This document shows positions 62,690 to 64,000 of a stretch of 64,000 nucleotides of DNA, piece after piece. The position numbers and the translations under genes were made by a program. The stretch comes from Calcarisporiella thermophila CBS 279.70 (taxonomy: Eukaryota > Fungi > Calcarisporiellomycota): contig NW_027192213.1 of the NCBI RefSeq assembly GCF_041956535.1, forward strand, positions 261,926 to 325,925. Reading direction: 5' to 3'. The notes under the pieces were generated by a model. That model did no database searches and had not been told where the DNA came from. It saw only the letters and a program-made list of their open reading frames with translations. Every line of letters starts with the position of its first letter. Position 1 is the first letter of the stretch.

Positions 62690-63901
62690 TTATAATTTGG
62701 ATTTGCCTTTCACTTTATCTGTCCACAAGCCTATTTCTCCTCGAATCAAAGGCTTTAAATATTTCTCATATCCAATAATGACACCTCGTTCATCGGTCCC
62801 AAGTTCTCGATTGGCATTGAGTGGTTCATGTTCAAGCCACTCTACTAGCCGCTCGTATGCACGTCCATCATACGCTCCTAGTGCTGAGTTCAGCAAGAAA
62901 TCCTGACAATTGAGCGCATCTACAATCGACACAGCATTGGGTCGAATTTTTCGTAGGCAATCCTTTAGGCCCAAATGAACAAGCTTAGCTTGCTCGGGGC
63001 TAAAATATCCATCTTCTAAAAAGTCTACTAGTGACTGTTCCATCAAATGAAAAGCATAGAGATCTCGGAGATCTGAAAGAACAGCTTTCACGCCGGCTGA
63101 CGTTTTATGATCTAACTCGAGGATCTGATTTGTAAAATTTGATACTAGAAGAAGTTCACAGTGAGCATTGCTAGCACGGAAGCACTCGACATTCAGATCA
63201 TTCCAATCGGCGCCTTCCTTATTTGCTTTCGAGAGTTCGTGGACAAGTCGAGCGGCACGATGTTGAAAAGCATATAGCTGCAGAGTAGGATCATACATTT
63301 CGACAAGTGTGTGCGCATGACATCGTTCACGAGTGAATTCGTGCATATTTTTAAGCACAGATAAATAGGATATGGTTACTTGAGCCGAATCGTTTGAACT
63401 CAAACCTGCATTCAGCTCTCCATTTTCGTTCCTGAAAGCAAAAGTTGCTTTCATCAAATATCGCGCCGTTTGTTGGGTCAGCAAGTAACTATCCCCTTCA
63501 AAAGTTTGCACCGCACGGTATGTCCTCGAGTAGTCTTCGATTCCCGATGCCATGGAATATCCGTGGCCTCCCATGCACTTTCGGGCCTCTTCAATAGCCT
63601 GCGATGTTTTGAGGGAGGTATAGCTTTTAAGTCCAGAGCTATACGCATGCACATCAGCGAGCATCCTGAATTCTTTGCGATCTATTTCTTCATTTAGTTT
63701 GATGAACATTGATCGCATCCAAAAACTAGTGAACATGAAGGCAAAAGTTTGTGCCAGAAGAGGGAACAGCCTATATTGCTGCATGCTATAGTCAAGCACA
63801 GAAGGTTCAATATCGGACGTTTGCCTTGCTGTCCCCTGCCTCCTGACGGCGGAATATCGAATAGATATTGTGACTGCACGAGAGAGTGAATATGCCGCCG
63901 C
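62690..63901 (-). CDS. POX1: Peroxisomal acyl-CoA oxidase, last exon (gene continues beyond the window)
   Basis: AVTISIRYSAVRRQ; LDYSMQQYRLFP; HAYSSGLK; IEEARKCMGGHGYS; TFEGDSYLLTQQTAR; LNSALGAYDG; C-terminal PTS1 SKL*. Confidence 0.96.
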   Translation of the reverse strand, partial: AAAYSLSRAVTISIRYSAVRRQGTARQTSDIEPSVLDYSMQQYRLFPLLAQTFAFMFTSFWMRSMFIKLNEEIDRKEFRMLADVHAYSSGLKSYTSLKTSQAIEEARKCMGGHGYSMASGIEDYSRTYRAVQTFEGDSYLLTQQTARYLMKATFAFRNENGELNAGLSSNDSAQVTISYLSVLKNMHEFTRERCHAHTLVEMYDPTLQLYAFQHRAARLVHELSKANKEGADWNDLNVECFRASNAHCELLLVSNFTNQILELDHKTSAGVKAVLSDLRDLYAFHLMEQSLVDFLEDGYFSPEQAKLVHLGLKDCLRKIRPNAVSIVDALNCQDFLLNSALGAYDGRAYERLVEWLEHEPLNANRELGTDERGVIIGYEKYLKPLIRGEIGLWTDKVKGKSKL

Positions 63902-64000
63902 CTGAACAAAAAACAATATATGAAACAATGAATAGGAAATTTTAATGAATTGTTTGAATTGAATGGGAAAAAAAATTAAAGACACTAGGGATCTACCTGT

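Noticed and set aside
63902-63985. ORF-track start of acyl-CoA oxidase
   Set aside because: Intron sequence (polypyrimidine tract plus CAG acceptor ending at 63902); the true start lies outside the window.

Overview
Gene-dense, intron-rich (GT-AG, mostly 50-120 nt) eukaryotic DNA from a fungus. The gene repertoire (ITFG2, UBE2Z-like, PAS-GATA factor, DUF3712 protein) suggests an early-diverging lineage such as Mucoromycota; this is inference. I can support about 28 protein-coding loci, mostly housekeeping: VPS35, ITFG2, a homeobox TF, exportin-T, RPS23, PCBD, MAD1, mS42, a C2/Fic1-like protein, SPE2, ALG9, a UBE2Z-like E2, MPP-alpha, p24, GPAT, tropomyosin, KRI1, COX12, ATP4, TIP20/RINT1, a Zn2Cys6 TF, COX13, a GATA TF and a partial acyl-CoA oxidase, plus several orphans. 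I saw no rRNA, tRNA, CRISPR or intact mobile element. The most notable items are: (1) a long, almost AUG-free SPE2 (AdoMet decarboxylase) 5' leader with a non-AUG uORF ending in EPP-stop, overlapped by a weak-context AUG uORF and a possible leader intron, a candidate polyamine/eIF5A-sensing translational switch; (2) an AT-rich island with a secreted 8-Cys KP6-killer-toxin-like protein and its decayed tandem duplicate; (3) an orphan protein with a PP1-docking (RVxF) motif; (4) an ERF4-like membrane protein with PY motifs and a GC-AG intron; (5) a 6-nt microexon next to the GPAT catalytic motif; (6) a perfect 39-bp palindrome upstream of RPS23. Spliced-gene coordinates are whole start-to-stop spans derived by hand.
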